A DNA stretch of 14,528 nt. Source: a virus. The translations under genes were made by a program, and so were the position numbers. This document shows, piece by piece, positions 1-9,505 of the stretch. How positions within the stretch are numbered: position 1 is the first letter of the stretch; the number at the start of each line of letters is the position of its first letter. The notes under the pieces were generated by a model, which saw nothing but the letters and a program-made list of their open reading frames with translations, did no database searches and had not been told where the DNA came from. Location: UHGV virus genome UHGV-0197628; one strand, 5' to 3'.

Positions 1-1
1 G

Positions 2-946
2 GGTATCACCACGCTTCAGCCGCGCATTAAAAACGGTTCAAAAGTGGAGGTGCTGATTGGTGATGAGCTGGTGATCACCGGCTGGGTGGAGGCTACGCCC
101 GTTCGTTACGATGCCCGGTCGGTCAGCACCGGTATTGCCGGACGCAGTCTAACCGCTGACCTGATTGATTGTGCAGCCGAACCGACACAGTTTAACGGAC
201 GATCACTGGTACAGATTGCGCAGGCGCTTGCTGCGCCCTTCGGCATTGAGGTGGTGAACAGCGGTGCGCCGTCGGGTGTTATTCCTGATGTCCAGCCTGA
301 TCACGGTGAAACGGTGATCGAGGTGATTAACAAAATACTCGGTCAGCAGCAGGCGCTGGCTTATGACGACCCGCACGGCAGGCTGGTGATTGGCGGTATT
401 GGCTCAACGCGGGCACATACCGCGCTGGTACTCGGGGAAAACATCCTTTCCTGCGATACGGAGAAGAGTATCCGGGAGCGGTTTTCTGTTTACCAGGTGG
501 CGGGGCAGCGTGCCGGAAACGACGATGATTTCGGTGAGGCCACCACCACCGCGCTGCGGGCCCGCACAGAGGACGCATTTATTGCCCGTTACCGTCCGAT
601 GTATATCAGGCAGACAGGGCAGGCCACGGGGGCAGGCTGTATTGCGCGTGCTGACTTTGAAGCCCGGCAACGGGCGGCGCGGACGGATGAAACCATCTAT
701 GTGGTGCAGGGCTGGCGACAGGGTAACGGTACGCTGTGGCAGCCCAACCAGCGGGTGATTGTCTTTGATCCGGTCTGTGGTTTCGACAATACCGAACTGC
801 TTGTATCGGAAGTCACGTTTACTCAGGGCCAGAACGGTACCCTGACGGAAATCCGTGTCGGCCCGCCTGATGCTTATCTGCCTGAACCCGAAGATCCCGG
901 CGCGCGGAAAAAGAAAAAAGCCAGAGTACAGGAGGACCCGTTCTGA
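2..946 (+). CDS. Phage baseplate/tail protein, Mu gp44 (P) / late-control-D-like; 5' end lies outside the window
   Basis: Reading frame is open from nt 2 (no in-frame stop before the first Met at 44) to the TGA at 944-946, so the gene starts upstream of the window. Its stop overlaps the next start (TGATG at 944-948), indicating translational coupling. It sits first in a co-oriented gp44-gp45-gp46-gp47-gp48-like series. Family assignment rests on gene order and size, not a search. Confidence 0.55.
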   Translation, partial: GITTLQPRIKNGSKVEVLIGDELVITGWVEATPVRYDARSVSTGIAGRSLTADLIDCAAEPTQFNGRSLVQIAQALAAPFGIEVVNSGAPSGVIPDVQPDHGETVIEVINKILGQQQALAYDDPHGRLVIGGIGSTRAHTALVLGENILSCDTEKSIRERFSVYQVAGQRAGNDDDFGEATTTALRARTEDAFIARYRPMYIRQTGQATGAGCIARADFEARQRAARTDETIYVVQGWRQGNGTLWQPNQRVIVFDPVCGFDNTELLVSEVTFTQGQNGTLTEIRVGPPDAYLPEPEDPGARKKKKARVQEDPF

Positions 947-1494
947 TGAGGGCGATTGAAACCATACAGCGACAACTCCTCGGGCTGATTGGGCGGGCCG
1001 TGGTGAAAAGCATCAGTGCCGCCACGAAATGTCAGACCGTGGATGTGTCCCTGATTGCCGGTGAACCCAAAGCCGGGGTTGAACATCTTGAACCTTACGG
1101 TTTTACCGCAAGGGCAAACAGCGGTGCGGAAGCGGTGGTGTTGTTTCCGGATGGTGACCGTTCTCATGCGGTGGTTGTTACGGTGTCGGACCGGCGTTAC
1201 CGCCTGAAAGGGCTGCAGACGGGTGAGGTGGCTGTCTATGACGATCAGGGGCAGTCCGTGACGCTGACCCGGGAGGGGATCGTGGTGGACGGTGCAGGTA
1301 AAACGATCACGTTTCGCAATGCACCTGAAGCACGTTTTGAAATGGATCTGGAAGTGACCGGACAGGTGAAAGACCTGTGCGACTCCGGCGGCACCACCAT
1401 GTCAGCGATGCGGCTTGCCTATAACGGGCATCGTCACAGAGAGAACGGTCAGGGCAGTAACACCGATAAACCTGATAAAGCGATGGAGGCATGA
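946..1494 (+). CDS. Baseplate spike/assembly protein V-like (Mu gp45-like)
   Basis: 182-aa ORF, ATG at 946 overlapping the upstream stop, and its own stop overlapping the next start (ATGATG at 1491-1496). Size and position match the gpV/gp45 slot of Mu-like tail modules. Confidence 0.65.
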   Translation: MRAIETIQRQLLGLIGRAVVKSISAATKCQTVDVSLIAGEPKAGVEHLEPYGFTARANSGAEAVVLFPDGDRSHAVVVTVSDRRYRLKGLQTGEVAVYDDQGQSVTLTREGIVVDGAGKTITFRNAPEARFEMDLEVTGQVKDLCDSGGTTMSAMRLAYNGHRHRENGQGSNTDKPDKAMEA

Positions 1495-1919
1495 TGGAAC
1501 TGTGGCTGACGGTGAACGGTAAACGCACCTGCGCCAGCGCACCGCTGGATCCGCTGACCCGCGCTGTGGTGATTTCCCTGTTCACCTGGCGGCGGGCGGA
1601 GCCTGATGACTATGCCGACGTCCCAATGGGATGGTGGGGGGATACCTGGCCTGCGGTACAGAATGACCGTTACGGCTCCCGACTGTGGCTGCTTCAGCGC
1701 AGCAAACTGACCAATCAGCTGGTGCAGACGGTAAGGGGATATATCCGCGAATGCCTGCAATGGATGATTGATGACGGCGTGGTGTCCCGTATTGATCTGG
1801 ATATCCGCCGCACCGGGATTAATGAGCTGGGTAACAGTATCATCCTCTGGCGTCGTGATGGACCAGTAGTGATTTCTTTTGATGATCTGTGGAGTGCGAT
1901 AACGCATGGCGGACAGTGA
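1491..1919 (+). CDS. Mu gp46-like baseplate protein (gp25/W-like)
   Basis: 142-aa ORF with 4-nt start/stop overlap to the upstream gene and 14-nt overlap with the downstream gene. Size matches Mu gp46 (~140 aa) and it is in the conserved position. Confidence 0.6.
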   Translation: MMELWLTVNGKRTCASAPLDPLTRAVVISLFTWRRAEPDDYADVPMGWWGDTWPAVQNDRYGSRLWLLQRSKLTNQLVQTVRGYIRECLQWMIDDGVVSRIDLDIRRTGINELGNSIILWRRDGPVVISFDDLWSAITHGGQ

Positions 1920-2964
1920 ATTTCAGCGCCCGACGCTGGCAGAAAATATCAGTATGCTCCGTAACGATTTATTCGCCAGGCTGGACGTCAGCGACACGCT
2001 CCGGCGCATGGATGAAGACGTGCGGGCAAAGGTGTATGCGGCGGCGCTGCATACGGTCTACGGTTACATCGATTATCTGGCAATGAATATGCTGCCTGAC
2101 CTGTGCGATGAGTCCTGGCTGGCGCGACATGCTGCGATGAAACGGTGTCCGCGCAAGGGAGCCACGGTTGCCAGCGGGTATATGCGCTGGGAAGGTGTCA
2201 GCGATGGCCTGAAGGTGACTGCCGGGAGTGTTATTCAGCGCAATGACTTGGTGCAGTACACGACAACTGACGATGCAATCAGCTCCGGTGGTGTCCTGCG
2301 TGTGCCGATCGCCTGCTCAAGTGCAGGTGCGGTTGGTAACGCTGACGACGGTACGGCATTAATCCTGGTCACGCCGGTGAATGGTCTGCCGTCTTCCGGC
2401 GTGGCTGACACCCTGACAGGCGGATTTGATACTGAAGAGCTGGAAACGTGGCGCGCCCGCGTCATTGAGCGGTATTACTGGACGCCGCAGGGCGGGGCTG
2501 ACGGGGACTATGTCGTCTGGGCTAAAGAAGTACCTGGCATTACCCGCGCATGGACATACCGACACTGGATGGGAACGGGGACTGTCGGTGTGATGATTGC
2601 CAGCAGTGACCTGATTAATCCCATTCCGGAAGAATCAACGGAAACGGCAGCAAGACAACATATCGGGCCACTGGCCCCGGTGGCAGGCTCTGATTTGTAT
2701 GTATTCAGGCCGGTGGCACATACGGTGGATTTTCATATCCGCGTGACGCCGGACACACCAGAAATACGGGCTGCCATCACCGCCGAGTTGCGTTCGTTCC
2801 TGCTGCGTGATGGTTATCCGCAGGGAGAACTGAAGGTATCGCGTATCAGTGAGGCGATTTCCGGTGCGAACGGGGAATACAGCCATCAATTGCTTGCACC
2901 GGCGGACAATATCTCCATTGCAAAAAATGAACTGGCGGTTCTGGGGACGATTTCATGGACGTGA
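1906..2964 (+). CDS. Baseplate J-like protein (Mu gp47 / P2 gpJ family)
   Basis: 352-aa ORF in the conserved position between the gp46-like and gp48-like genes, overlapping the downstream gene by 10 nt. Size is typical of baseplate J proteins. Confidence 0.7.
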   Translation: MADSEFQRPTLAENISMLRNDLFARLDVSDTLRRMDEDVRAKVYAAALHTVYGYIDYLAMNMLPDLCDESWLARHAAMKRCPRKGATVASGYMRWEGVSDGLKVTAGSVIQRNDLVQYTTTDDAISSGGVLRVPIACSSAGAVGNADDGTALILVTPVNGLPSSGVADTLTGGFDTEELETWRARVIERYYWTPQGGADGDYVVWAKEVPGITRAWTYRHWMGTGTVGVMIASSDLINPIPEESTETAARQHIGPLAPVAGSDLYVFRPVAHTVDFHIRVTPDTPEIRAAITAELRSFLLRDGYPQGELKVSRISEAISGANGEYSHQLLAPADNISIAKNELAVLGTISWT

Positions 2965-3539
2965 CAAACGATGATTACATCCGTCTGTTGTCGGCACTGC
3001 TGCCGCCCGGTCCGGCGTGGTCAGCCAGCGATCCGGCGATTGCCGGTGCGGCACCGTCATTAACTCGTGTTCATCAGCGTGCGGATGCCCTGATGCGGGA
3101 GCTGGATCCGCGCACCACCACCGAACTGATAAATCGCTGGGAGCGTCTGTGCGGCCTGCCGGATGAATGTATTCCCGCAGGGACACAGACCCTTCGCCAG
3201 CGTCAGCAACGGCTGGATGCGAAGGTTAACCTGGCGGGTGGCATCAACGAGGATTTTTATCTTGCACAGCTTGCTGCCCTGGGCAGACCAGATGCCGCCA
3301 TCACGCGATACGACAAAAGCACGTTCACCTGCTCATCGGCCTGTACTGACGCTGTGAATGCGCCGGAATGGCGGTATTACTGGCAGGTCAACATGCCAGC
3401 CGCCACCAACACCACCTGGATGACATGTGGCGATCCCTGTGATTCCGCACTGCGTATCTGGGGGGACACCGTTGTCGAGTGCGTGCTTAACAAACTCTGC
3501 CCGTCGCATACCTACGTAATTTTTAAATATCCGGAGTAA
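2955..3539 (+). CDS. Mu gp48-like tail protein (P2 gpI-like / YmfQ-like)
   Basis: 194-aa ORF immediately upstream of the tail-fibre gene, with a 3-nt gap to it. Size and position match Mu gp48 and e14 YmfQ. Confidence 0.6.
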   Translation: MDVTNDDYIRLLSALLPPGPAWSASDPAIAGAAPSLTRVHQRADALMRELDPRTTTELINRWERLCGLPDECIPAGTQTLRQRQQRLDAKVNLAGGINEDFYLAQLAALGRPDAAITRYDKSTFTCSSACTDAVNAPEWRYYWQVNMPAATNTTWMTCGDPCDSALRIWGDTVVECVLNKLCPSHTYVIFKYPE

Positions 3540-3542
3540 TCC

Positions 3543-4208
3543 ATGCATCGTATAGACACGAAAACCGCGCAGAAGGATAAGTTCGGCGCGGGTAAGAACG
3601 GTTTTACCCGTGGTAACCCCCAGACCGGCACGCCTGCCACCGATCTGGATGATGACTACTTTGATATGTTGCAGGAAGAACTCTGCAGCGTGGTGGAGGC
3701 ATCCGGTGCCAGTCTGGAGAAGGCGCGGCACGACCAGCTGCTTACCGCGCTTCGTGCGCTGCTGTTAAGCCGCAAGAATCCGTTTGGCGATATCAAATCG
3801 GATGGCACGGTGAAAACGGCTCTCGAAAACCTTGGTTTGGGAGAAGCGGCAAAACGGGATGTGGGTAACGGGCAAAACCAAATTCCTGATATGTCAGCGT
3901 GGGAGTGTGGGGGAGATACAACGACGGGATGGAGGCGAAGCCCGGATGGTTATATTGAACAATGGGGGCTAACTGGGGCCACAACAAATGAAGTTTTGAT
4001 TAATTTTCCTATCCCATTTCCGACAGCCGTCATTTCTATTAATGAACATGACCAGGCTCCTGTGGCAGGGAAAATGTCAGTATGGCAATTCTATAAATTG
4101 ACTAACTCAAATGTCATAGCAGAGAACCTGGGATCTCTTGATAAAGGAAATCCATCCTTCAATGTTCCAACTGTCGCTGGTTGCCGCTGGTTTGCTACAG
4201 GAAGATAA
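3543..4208 (+). CDS. Side tail fibre protein (Stf / Mu S-like); constant N-terminus (to ~nt 3833) fused to the currently expressed variable C-terminus inside the invertible segment
   Basis: 221-aa ORF. The N-terminus ([26 protein letters not shown]...) is, from memory, characteristic of e14 StfP-type fibre proteins. The 26-bp inversion crossover site lies in the ALENLGLGE codons (nt 3820-3845). Sequence downstream of the site is visibly more AT-rich and unrelated to the constant part. Confidence 0.8.
   Translation: MHRIDTKTAQKDKFGAGKNGFTRGNPQTGTPATDLDDDYFDMLQEELCSVVEASGASLEKARHDQLLTALRALLLSRKNPFGDIKSDGTVKTALENLGLGEAAKRDVGNGQNQIPDMSAWECGGDTTTGWRRSPDGYIEQWGLTGATTNEVLINFPIPFPTAVISINEHDQAPVAGKMSVWQFYKLTNSNVIAENLGSLDKGNPSFNVPTVAGCRWFATGR
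3820..3845. repeat. Left inversion crossover site (gix/pix/hix-like, 26 bp, central TT)
   Basis: ctctcgaaaaccTTggtttgggagaa resembles the Hin/Gin crossover-site pattern (..GAAAACC NN GGTTT..). Its reverse complement matches the right site at 5659-5684 over 15 contiguous bp (cttctcccaaaccaa), with partial similarity beyond. Confidence 0.75.
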
Positions 4209-4209
4209 A

Positions 4210-4650
4210 ATGAGTAAATATCTTTACGATGCTAAAACTAATATGTTTTACCCATTTACTCTGGAAAGTCAGTATAAGGAGTCTGGGTTATGGCCTCATA
4301 ATGGAGTTGAAGTTGATGAGGATATATTTATTAAGTACCTGTCCCCACCTCCAGGGAAGGTGAGAGTTGCGGGTGATGATGGCTATCCTGCATGGGATGA
4401 CGTACCGCCGCTAACTCATGAAGAACAACTGTCAGAAGCGGAACGAAAAAAACAGGCACTCATAAATCGAGTTAATGAATATATTAACAGTAAGCAGTGG
4501 CCAGGAAAGGCTGCTATTGGTCGTCTGAAAGGTGAGGAACTGGCGCAATATAATTTATGGCTGGATTATCTGGACGCACTGGAACTGGTCGATACTTCCA
4601 GTGCTCCAGATATTGAATGGCCTACGCCTCCGGCAGTTCAGGCCAGATGA
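4210..4650 (+). CDS. Tail fibre assembly chaperone (Tfa / Mu U-like)
   Basis: ATG at 4210 lies 1 nt after the stf stop (TAA 4206-4208), with an AGGAAG Shine-Dalgarno-like sequence about 8 nt upstream. C-terminus ...GRLKGEELAQYNLWLDYLDALELVDTSSAPDIEWPTPP is the conserved Tfa tail. The longer ORF from 4138 starts inside stf and was not used. Confidence 0.75.
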   Translation: MSKYLYDAKTNMFYPFTLESQYKESGLWPHNGVEVDEDIFIKYLSPPPGKVRVAGDDGYPAWDDVPPLTHEEQLSEAERKKQALINRVNEYINSKQWPGKAAIGRLKGEELAQYNLWLDYLDALELVDTSSAPDIEWPTPPAVQAR

Positions 4651-5215
4651 CATCCGGCGCGGTGCTGGTATCTGTTGCCGCCACCGCGTCAATGTAATCC
4701 AGCACAGCGTTAAGCCGGGTTGTTTCTGCCTGCGTCAGTTTCCGCCCGGCCTGTAATTTCAGCTGAATCAGACTAATGGAAGCCATTGCTGCATCAATCA
4801 GTGACTGGCGCTGTGCTTCTGCCGCTTCTACTGCGGCACCGTGTTGTGCCTCAGTATCTGTCACCCATTTCTCACCATCCCATTTATCATATGGCGTTAA
4901 CGGTGAAAGCGTGACATAACCGTTTTTGATGGCACCGATATAATCCACTGTAACAGCAGCACCATTTTCGATTGAGTAAACAGTCTCATTGCGATGGTCT
5001 TCTTCATGGCACCATCCCTTACCTGTAAATACTGCCACTTTTCCCGGAATGTTTTCGCCCGGGTCAATACCAGTGGAACAGGCGGGCATACTTACGCCAG
5101 TATTAATATATTCATCAGACCAGCCCGTATACTCAGATGTTTCAGCATCATAATAAAAACAACGCATATCGCCCGGCACTGTAGCCAGCCCATTTTCATC
5201 AAAAACAGGTTTCAT
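4622..5215 (-). CDS. Tail fibre assembly chaperone, alternative copy (Tfa' / Mu U'-like)
   Basis: 197-aa minus-strand ORF ending in the same conserved Tfa C-terminal motif (...LDYIDAVAATDTSTAPDVIWPELPEA). It is convergent with tfa, with the 3' ends overlapping by 29 nt, and sits immediately downstream (minus-strand sense) of the alternative fibre cassette. Confidence 0.8.
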   Translation of the reverse strand: MKPVFDENGLATVPGDMRCFYYDAETSEYTGWSDEYINTGVSMPACSTGIDPGENIPGKVAVFTGKGWCHEEDHRNETVYSIENGAAVTVDYIGAIKNGYVTLSPLTPYDKWDGEKWVTDTEAQHGAAVEAAEAQRQSLIDAAMASISLIQLKLQAGRKLTQAETTRLNAVLDYIDAVAATDTSTAPDVIWPELPEA

Positions 5216-5682
5216 TATTTAGCCCTCACCAGAAAGTTAAATGCAATATTTCGCGGTCTGACAGCAACAAAATTCACACCATCACCCACAGAGCTACTGG
5301 TGAAATTAAATCGTGAAAATCCTGGCTGATTTCCGGCGATGCCATCATGAAAGTTAATTGCGTGTCCCGCACCTTCGCCTATATTCCCGGCAAACTGAGA
5401 AAAGTTTGTAGCTTCCTGCCAGCTTAATAATTCGCGACCACCATCTGCACCTCGCCCGTCATCCCAGATACGAATGAAATCACCGCGGGCTTCAGGTAAT
5501 ACCAGCGAAGGAAACACTTTCGCCAGCACAGGGTAATTAGAGGCAGAAAATTTCGCCCCGTTGAACTTCAAAAACACCATACCGGACCAGCTGTCGATTA
5601 CAGTATTTGGCATTGCCGCGGAGGGCCAGAAGAACGGAACGCCAATAGCTGGAGCACCTTCTCCCAAACCAACATTTATGAA
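5215..5682 (-). CDS. Alternative tail-fibre variable C-terminal cassette (S'-like), silent in this orientation
   Basis: Minus-strand frame is open from the right crossover site and encodes ...NVGLGEGAPAIG..., i.e. the same L-G-L-G-E junction residues as the expressed fibre. It has no credible start or RBS of its own; the track's Met at 5712 lies in the pin upstream region. Its stop abuts the tfa' start. Confidence 0.7.
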   Translation of the reverse strand, partial: FINVGLGEGAPAIGVPFFWPSAAMPNTVIDSWSGMVFLKFNGAKFSASNYPVLAKVFPSLVLPEARGDFIRIWDDGRGADGGRELLSWQEATNFSQFAGNIGEGAGHAINFHDGIAGNQPGFSRFNFTSSSVGDGVNFVAVRPRNIAFNFLVRAK

Positions 5683-5684
5683 AA
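5659..5684. repeat. Right inversion crossover site (26 bp, central AA; inverted relative to the left site)
   Basis: ttctcccaaaccAAcatttatgaaaa. The first 14 bp are the exact reverse complement of the inner half of the left site. It lies 55 bp upstream of the invertase start codon, as in Gin/Pin/Hin systems. Confidence 0.7.
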
Positions 5685-5738
5685 TGCAGAAATAACGAGC
5701 AAATGGCATCATTCCTGCTTTTGCTAGGGAGATCTACC

Positions 5739-6293
5739 ATGCTTATTGGCTATGTACGTGTGTCAACAAATGACCAGAACACAGATCTACAACGTAATGC
5801 GCTGAACTGTGCAGGATGCGAGCTGATTTTTGAAGACAAGATAAGCGGTACAAAGTCCGAAAGGCCGGGACTGAAAAAACTGCTCAGGACATTATCGGCA
5901 GGTGACACTCTGGTTGTCTGGAAGCTGGATCGGCTGGGGCGCAGTATGCGGCATCTGGTCATTCTGGTTGAGGAGTTGCGCGAACGTGGCGTTAATTTTC
6001 GCAGCCTGACGGATGCTATTGATACCAGTACCCCAATGGGGCGCTTTTTCTTTCATGTGATGGGGGCCCTGGCTGAAATGGAACGAGAACTGATTGTTGA
6101 ACGAACAAAAGCTGGACTGGAAGCTGCTCGCGCACAGGGACGAATTGGTGGACGTCGTCCCAAACTTACACAAGAACAATGGGCGCAGGCCGGGCGATTA
6201 ATTGCATCAGGCGTTCCTCGCCAGAAGGTGGCGATCATCTATGATGTTGGTATATCGACACTGTATAAGAAGTTTCCGGTCGGAGATAAATGA
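5739..6293 (+). CDS. pin: Serine DNA invertase, Pin/Gin/Hin/Cin family
   Basis: 184-aa product from ATG 5739 (MLIGYVRVSTNDQNTDLQRNALN...). It has the N-terminal catalytic-serine motif (YVRVSTNDQ) and a C-terminal helix-turn-helix region (...GRRPKLT..QKVAIIYDVGISTLYKKF), and is near-identical in character to E. coli PinE as I recall it. The 12 extra N-terminal codons in the ORF track (from 5703) were rejected. Confidence 0.9.
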   Translation: MLIGYVRVSTNDQNTDLQRNALNCAGCELIFEDKISGTKSERPGLKKLLRTLSAGDTLVVWKLDRLGRSMRHLVILVEELRERGVNFRSLTDAIDTSTPMGRFFFHVMGALAEMERELIVERTKAGLEAARAQGRIGGRRPKLTQEQWAQAGRLIASGVPRQKVAIIYDVGISTLYKKFPVGDK

Positions 6294-6334
6294 AACCGTA
6301 GCACGTCGTATGCAAGAAGATCGTGCTGCGGTTT
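6293..6334. terminator. Bidirectional terminator-like hairpin between convergent pin and the GIY-YIG gene (repeat copy A)
   Basis: 13-bp stem (aaaccgtagcacg / cgtgctgcggttt, one G-U pair) with a 16-nt loop. It starts at the last base of the pin stop codon and ends 20 nt beyond the stop of the minus-strand gene. Flanks are moderately T-rich on both strands. Confidence 0.55.
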
Positions 6335-6353
6335 ATGCTTATCACTTAAAGAC

Positions 6354-7223
<870 letters not shown>

Positions 7224-7312
7224 CTAATCCTTTGAATTTACATAGTAAAAAAAGATACTTTTCCTCATAGTGTGAGCTAATTTTATGTTTCGTTTGATGA
7301 TCGGACCGGTCT

Positions 7313-7352
7313 CAAAAACCGCAGGCACGTTGTATGCAAGAACGTGCTGTGG
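7313..7352 (-). terminator. Rho-independent terminator-like hairpin on the minus strand (repeat copy B), downstream of the FRG-motif gene
   Basis: Stem ccgcaggcacg / cgtgctgtgg (about 10 bp with one bulge) and loop ttgtatgcaagaa. On the minus strand it is followed by a UUUUUG run (plus-strand aaaaa at 7314-7318). Stem and loop are closely related to hairpin A (shared gtatgcaagaa loop). Confidence 0.5.
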
Positions 7353-7658
7353 CTGGCTGGTGAACTTCCAATAGTGCGAATATTGAATTATTTCCAGCTG
7401 TTATCGATTTTACGTATTTTTTGCATGAGAGGATTTCCACCACCTCCCACCGACCATCTATGGCTGTACGGCCCTATCTCTAGGGCTGCTATGTGCTAAA
7501 AGCAGACATTGATAACATTGAGATATGTTAATTTATAGGTAGCGGGTCAAGGCCACTGAAGATTCCAGTTTTTGACCCTGAGCCTGAAACCGTCCCCGAT
7601 GAGCAGTTCCACCTGAAGACTGCACAGTCTTAGTTTTCTTTGCCATTAATTTATCCAT

Positions 7659-8993
7659 TTATGATATCGATATATACTTTTTTGCAATTTCCGCTGCCGT
7701 TTTCTCCATGCTGGGATATACAGTGCTTTCGGAGATATTAAGCTGGGCCAGCTCTTTCAGAATTTTATTTTTGTTTGCTATCTCCACTCTGTTAAGAGGA
7801 AAATCAGCATCTGTTTCCGGTAAAATAGGATCAAGTCCGAACAGAAGAAATGCGCCTGCCTGAGACTGTATGCGTTCATTATTTATTTTAGCTTTAAGGA
7901 AAACAACTTTTTTTAAGTCATCAGAGATTATTTTGTTTCTGAAATATGATTTTTCATTCTGTATAAGGTCTGCAAGTTTATCAGTGAGTTCAGATAGCTC
8001 TACAGTATCTTTTCTGACATCAATGGAAGACAATTTTTCCAGCTCTTCGTAAGATAAAACTGATAAGTTTGCTATGCAGCTTACTGTATCTGAATCAAAA
8101 TATTTAATTTTCTTTCTGTTTGTTGAGAACGAAATCACCTGCCCATTTTCATTATGGTTCGAACTGCAAGCAAAATATAATGCTATCAGTGGGTTAGATG
8201 TGATATCCAGGAGTCTCGTAGGTAAGCCATAATGCTGCATGCGGACAAGTTTATCAATCGTAAATTTATCCTCCTTAAATTCATTTGGTCTTGCACTGAG
8301 TATCTCACGTACTAAGTCAGATTCTGAAGCAAGATGCCTGTATGTCCCGTTTTCATTCTTTCTGTAAAGAGAGGGGACAAGCTCATATGAGCTTTTAGAG
8401 TGTCCACGATAAAAGGTAACGAGGCCATCCGGACTGTTTTTTTTAATAAAGGCAAGATAATCCATGACATTCTCAACCACCTGATATGTTTGTTTTTTTA
8501 ATTTGATTGTACCTTTCAGACGGTTGTTTTTCTTGTTTAAACTAAGTCCTTTCAGAACAATATTTAAATCCTTATCTTTTACTGCCCAGTGTGTACGACT
8601 TAACCCGAAAGTTCCTAGTTCTAGGATTTCTTTATATAATGCTGTTTGGGGATTTGTTATTTCTCCAAAATCATGGTTAATCTTGAAGGAAAATAAAATG
8701 TCGTCACCATCTTTACGTAAATTTCTTATTTTCCCAAGCCTGATTCTGATGTACCTGTTTTTATCATTTTCAGTATCTTTCATATAAGTTTCGGTCATGA
8801 ACAACACAGGTAGCATGGCGAGTAATTTTAAGCTATCGGGTCTTACAGGTATTAATTTACTGTAAATATCGCTTGGGGTGCCTTCCAGCATGCGGGACAT
8901 CGAGAAGCTTTCCTCGCCTTCTTTAAGCCCAGGATTCATACACGGCCAGCGGTCAAAAACGTCCGGTTCTCCGGCCATGATTAAGTTAAACAT
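7659..8993 (-). CDS. FRG-motif protein (Abi-like), uncharacterised N-terminal ~170 aa plus central FRG-type domain (candidate defence gene)
   Basis: 444-aa product from ATG 8991-8993, with AGGAG 6 nt upstream on the minus strand; the track's start is the adjacent GTG. Contains F-Y-R-G-H followed by ...RMQHYGLPTRLLDITSNPLIALYFAC, which I recognise as the FRG-domain signature. The gene is AT-rich. Confidence 0.7.
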   Translation of the reverse strand: MFNLIMAGEPDVFDRWPCMNPGLKEGEESFSMSRMLEGTPSDIYSKLIPVRPDSLKLLAMLPVLFMTETYMKDTENDKNRYIRIRLGKIRNLRKDGDDILFSFKINHDFGEITNPQTALYKEILELGTFGLSRTHWAVKDKDLNIVLKGLSLNKKNNRLKGTIKLKKQTYQVVENVMDYLAFIKKNSPDGLVTFYRGHSKSSYELVPSLYRKNENGTYRHLASESDLVREILSARPNEFKEDKFTIDKLVRMQHYGLPTRLLDITSNPLIALYFACSSNHNENGQVISFSTNRKKIKYFDSDTVSCIANLSVLSYEELEKLSSIDVRKDTVELSELTDKLADLIQNEKSYFRNKIISDDLKKVVFLKAKINNERIQSQAGAFLLFGLDPILPETDADFPLNRVEIANKNKILKELAQLNISESTVYPSMEKTAAEIAKKYISIS

Positions 8994-9505
8994 CACAATC
9001 TCCTGAATTTACTCACTAAAGTCAGTGTGTTTTTATTATGTTGCATCATTGTGAATGAGGATGGCATGAGTTGTCCATGCTTGTTTGTCTTTCATAATTC
9101 ACAAAGTACATCAGCTTCTAATGTGTTTACGGTACGACCATGTGGGCGATGTCTTTCCATTCCTGAAAACTTCCTACTCAACCATGATGTATAAGCTGTA
9201 GTATGAAGTTTCTTGCCATCCAGTTAAGTAAATGTCTGCTCCTCGCTCACAACAGACATTCACTACAGTTGTGGCAGAAAGGTATGCATACTGGGTGGGG
9301 AAAGTGTGAAAGAAAGGAAGAATACTGCGCCGTTTGTCGTCGCGTTTATCTTCATTGGCTATGCAAGTCGTAATACAAGGTGGGACAAAACTGAGACACA
9401 TAAGGCCTCACAATGGCTTGCAAGGCTTTACATGTTTTGATGTGGTGGGACGTGTGAGCGCAGTGTTGATGGGGTAATGCTTTGAATTAGAAGCGGATTC
9501 TTATA

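Larger units (their letters stand above)
3820..5684. other. Invertible tail-fibre host-range segment (Mu G / e14 P-segment-like)
   Basis: Bounded by inverted crossover sites. Contains the 3' part of stf plus tfa on the + strand, and a mirror-image tfa' plus a start-less alternative fibre C-terminus on the - strand. The Pin-family invertase gene follows immediately. Confidence 0.8.

Noticed and set aside
905-921. Poly-A tract (ggaaaaagaaaaaagcc) near the 3' end of the gp44-like gene as a programmed frameshift site
   Set aside because: It simply encodes a Lys-rich C-terminus (RKKKKAR), and the next gene has its own overlapping ATG. Frameshifting in tail modules is expected at the tape-measure chaperone, not here.
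327-1167. Track ORFs 327..578(-), 390..758(+), 404..670(-), 819..1025(-), 874..1167(-)
   Set aside because: All lie wholly inside the gp44-like and gp45-like genes in other frames or antisense. Their Arg/Pro/Gly/Cys-rich translations are typical of spurious frames in GC-rich coding DNA.
1307-3987. Track ORFs 1307..1585(-), 1449..1907(-), 1889..2086(+), 2235..2465(-), 2359..2565(-), 2635..2889(-), 2953..3186(-), 3163..3357(+), 3333..3731(-), 3793..3987(-)
   Set aside because: Embedded antisense or out of frame within the tightly packed, translationally coupled baseplate and fibre genes. No RBS context; composition looks non-protein-like.
4138-4209. Longer tfa start at 4138 (170-aa version)
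   Set aside because: It begins inside stf in another frame. The ATG at 4210 immediately follows the stf stop, has an AGGAAG RBS, and gives a product starting where Tfa proteins typically start.
4532-5329. Track ORFs 4532..4756(+) and 4994..5329(+)
   Set aside because: Antisense to the tfa' and alternative fibre cassette. No support.
5537-6238. Track ORFs 5537..5740(-), 5750..5962(-), 5892..6179(-), 6053..6238(-), and the N-terminal extension of pin from 5703
   Set aside because: Antisense to or overlapping pin. The invertase family starts at MLIGYVRVS (ATG 5739), and the upstream 12 codons run into the crossover site.
7615-7641. Hairpin aagact-gcac-agtctt followed by a T-run, as a terminator for the FRG-motif gene
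   Set aside because: The T-run follows the hairpin on the plus strand (wrong strand for the minus-strand gene) and the stem is short and AT-rich. Hairpin B at 7313-7352 is a better minus-strand terminator.
7870-8787. Track ORFs 7870..8052(+) and 8503..8787(+)
   Set aside because: Antisense inside the FRG-motif gene. Low-complexity Ser/Phe/Leu-rich translations typical of the reverse strand of AT-rich genes.
9174-9401. 75-aa ORF on the minus strand in the intergenic leader
   Set aside because: No RBS, and a Cys-rich atypical composition. More likely non-coding leader or promoter DNA.
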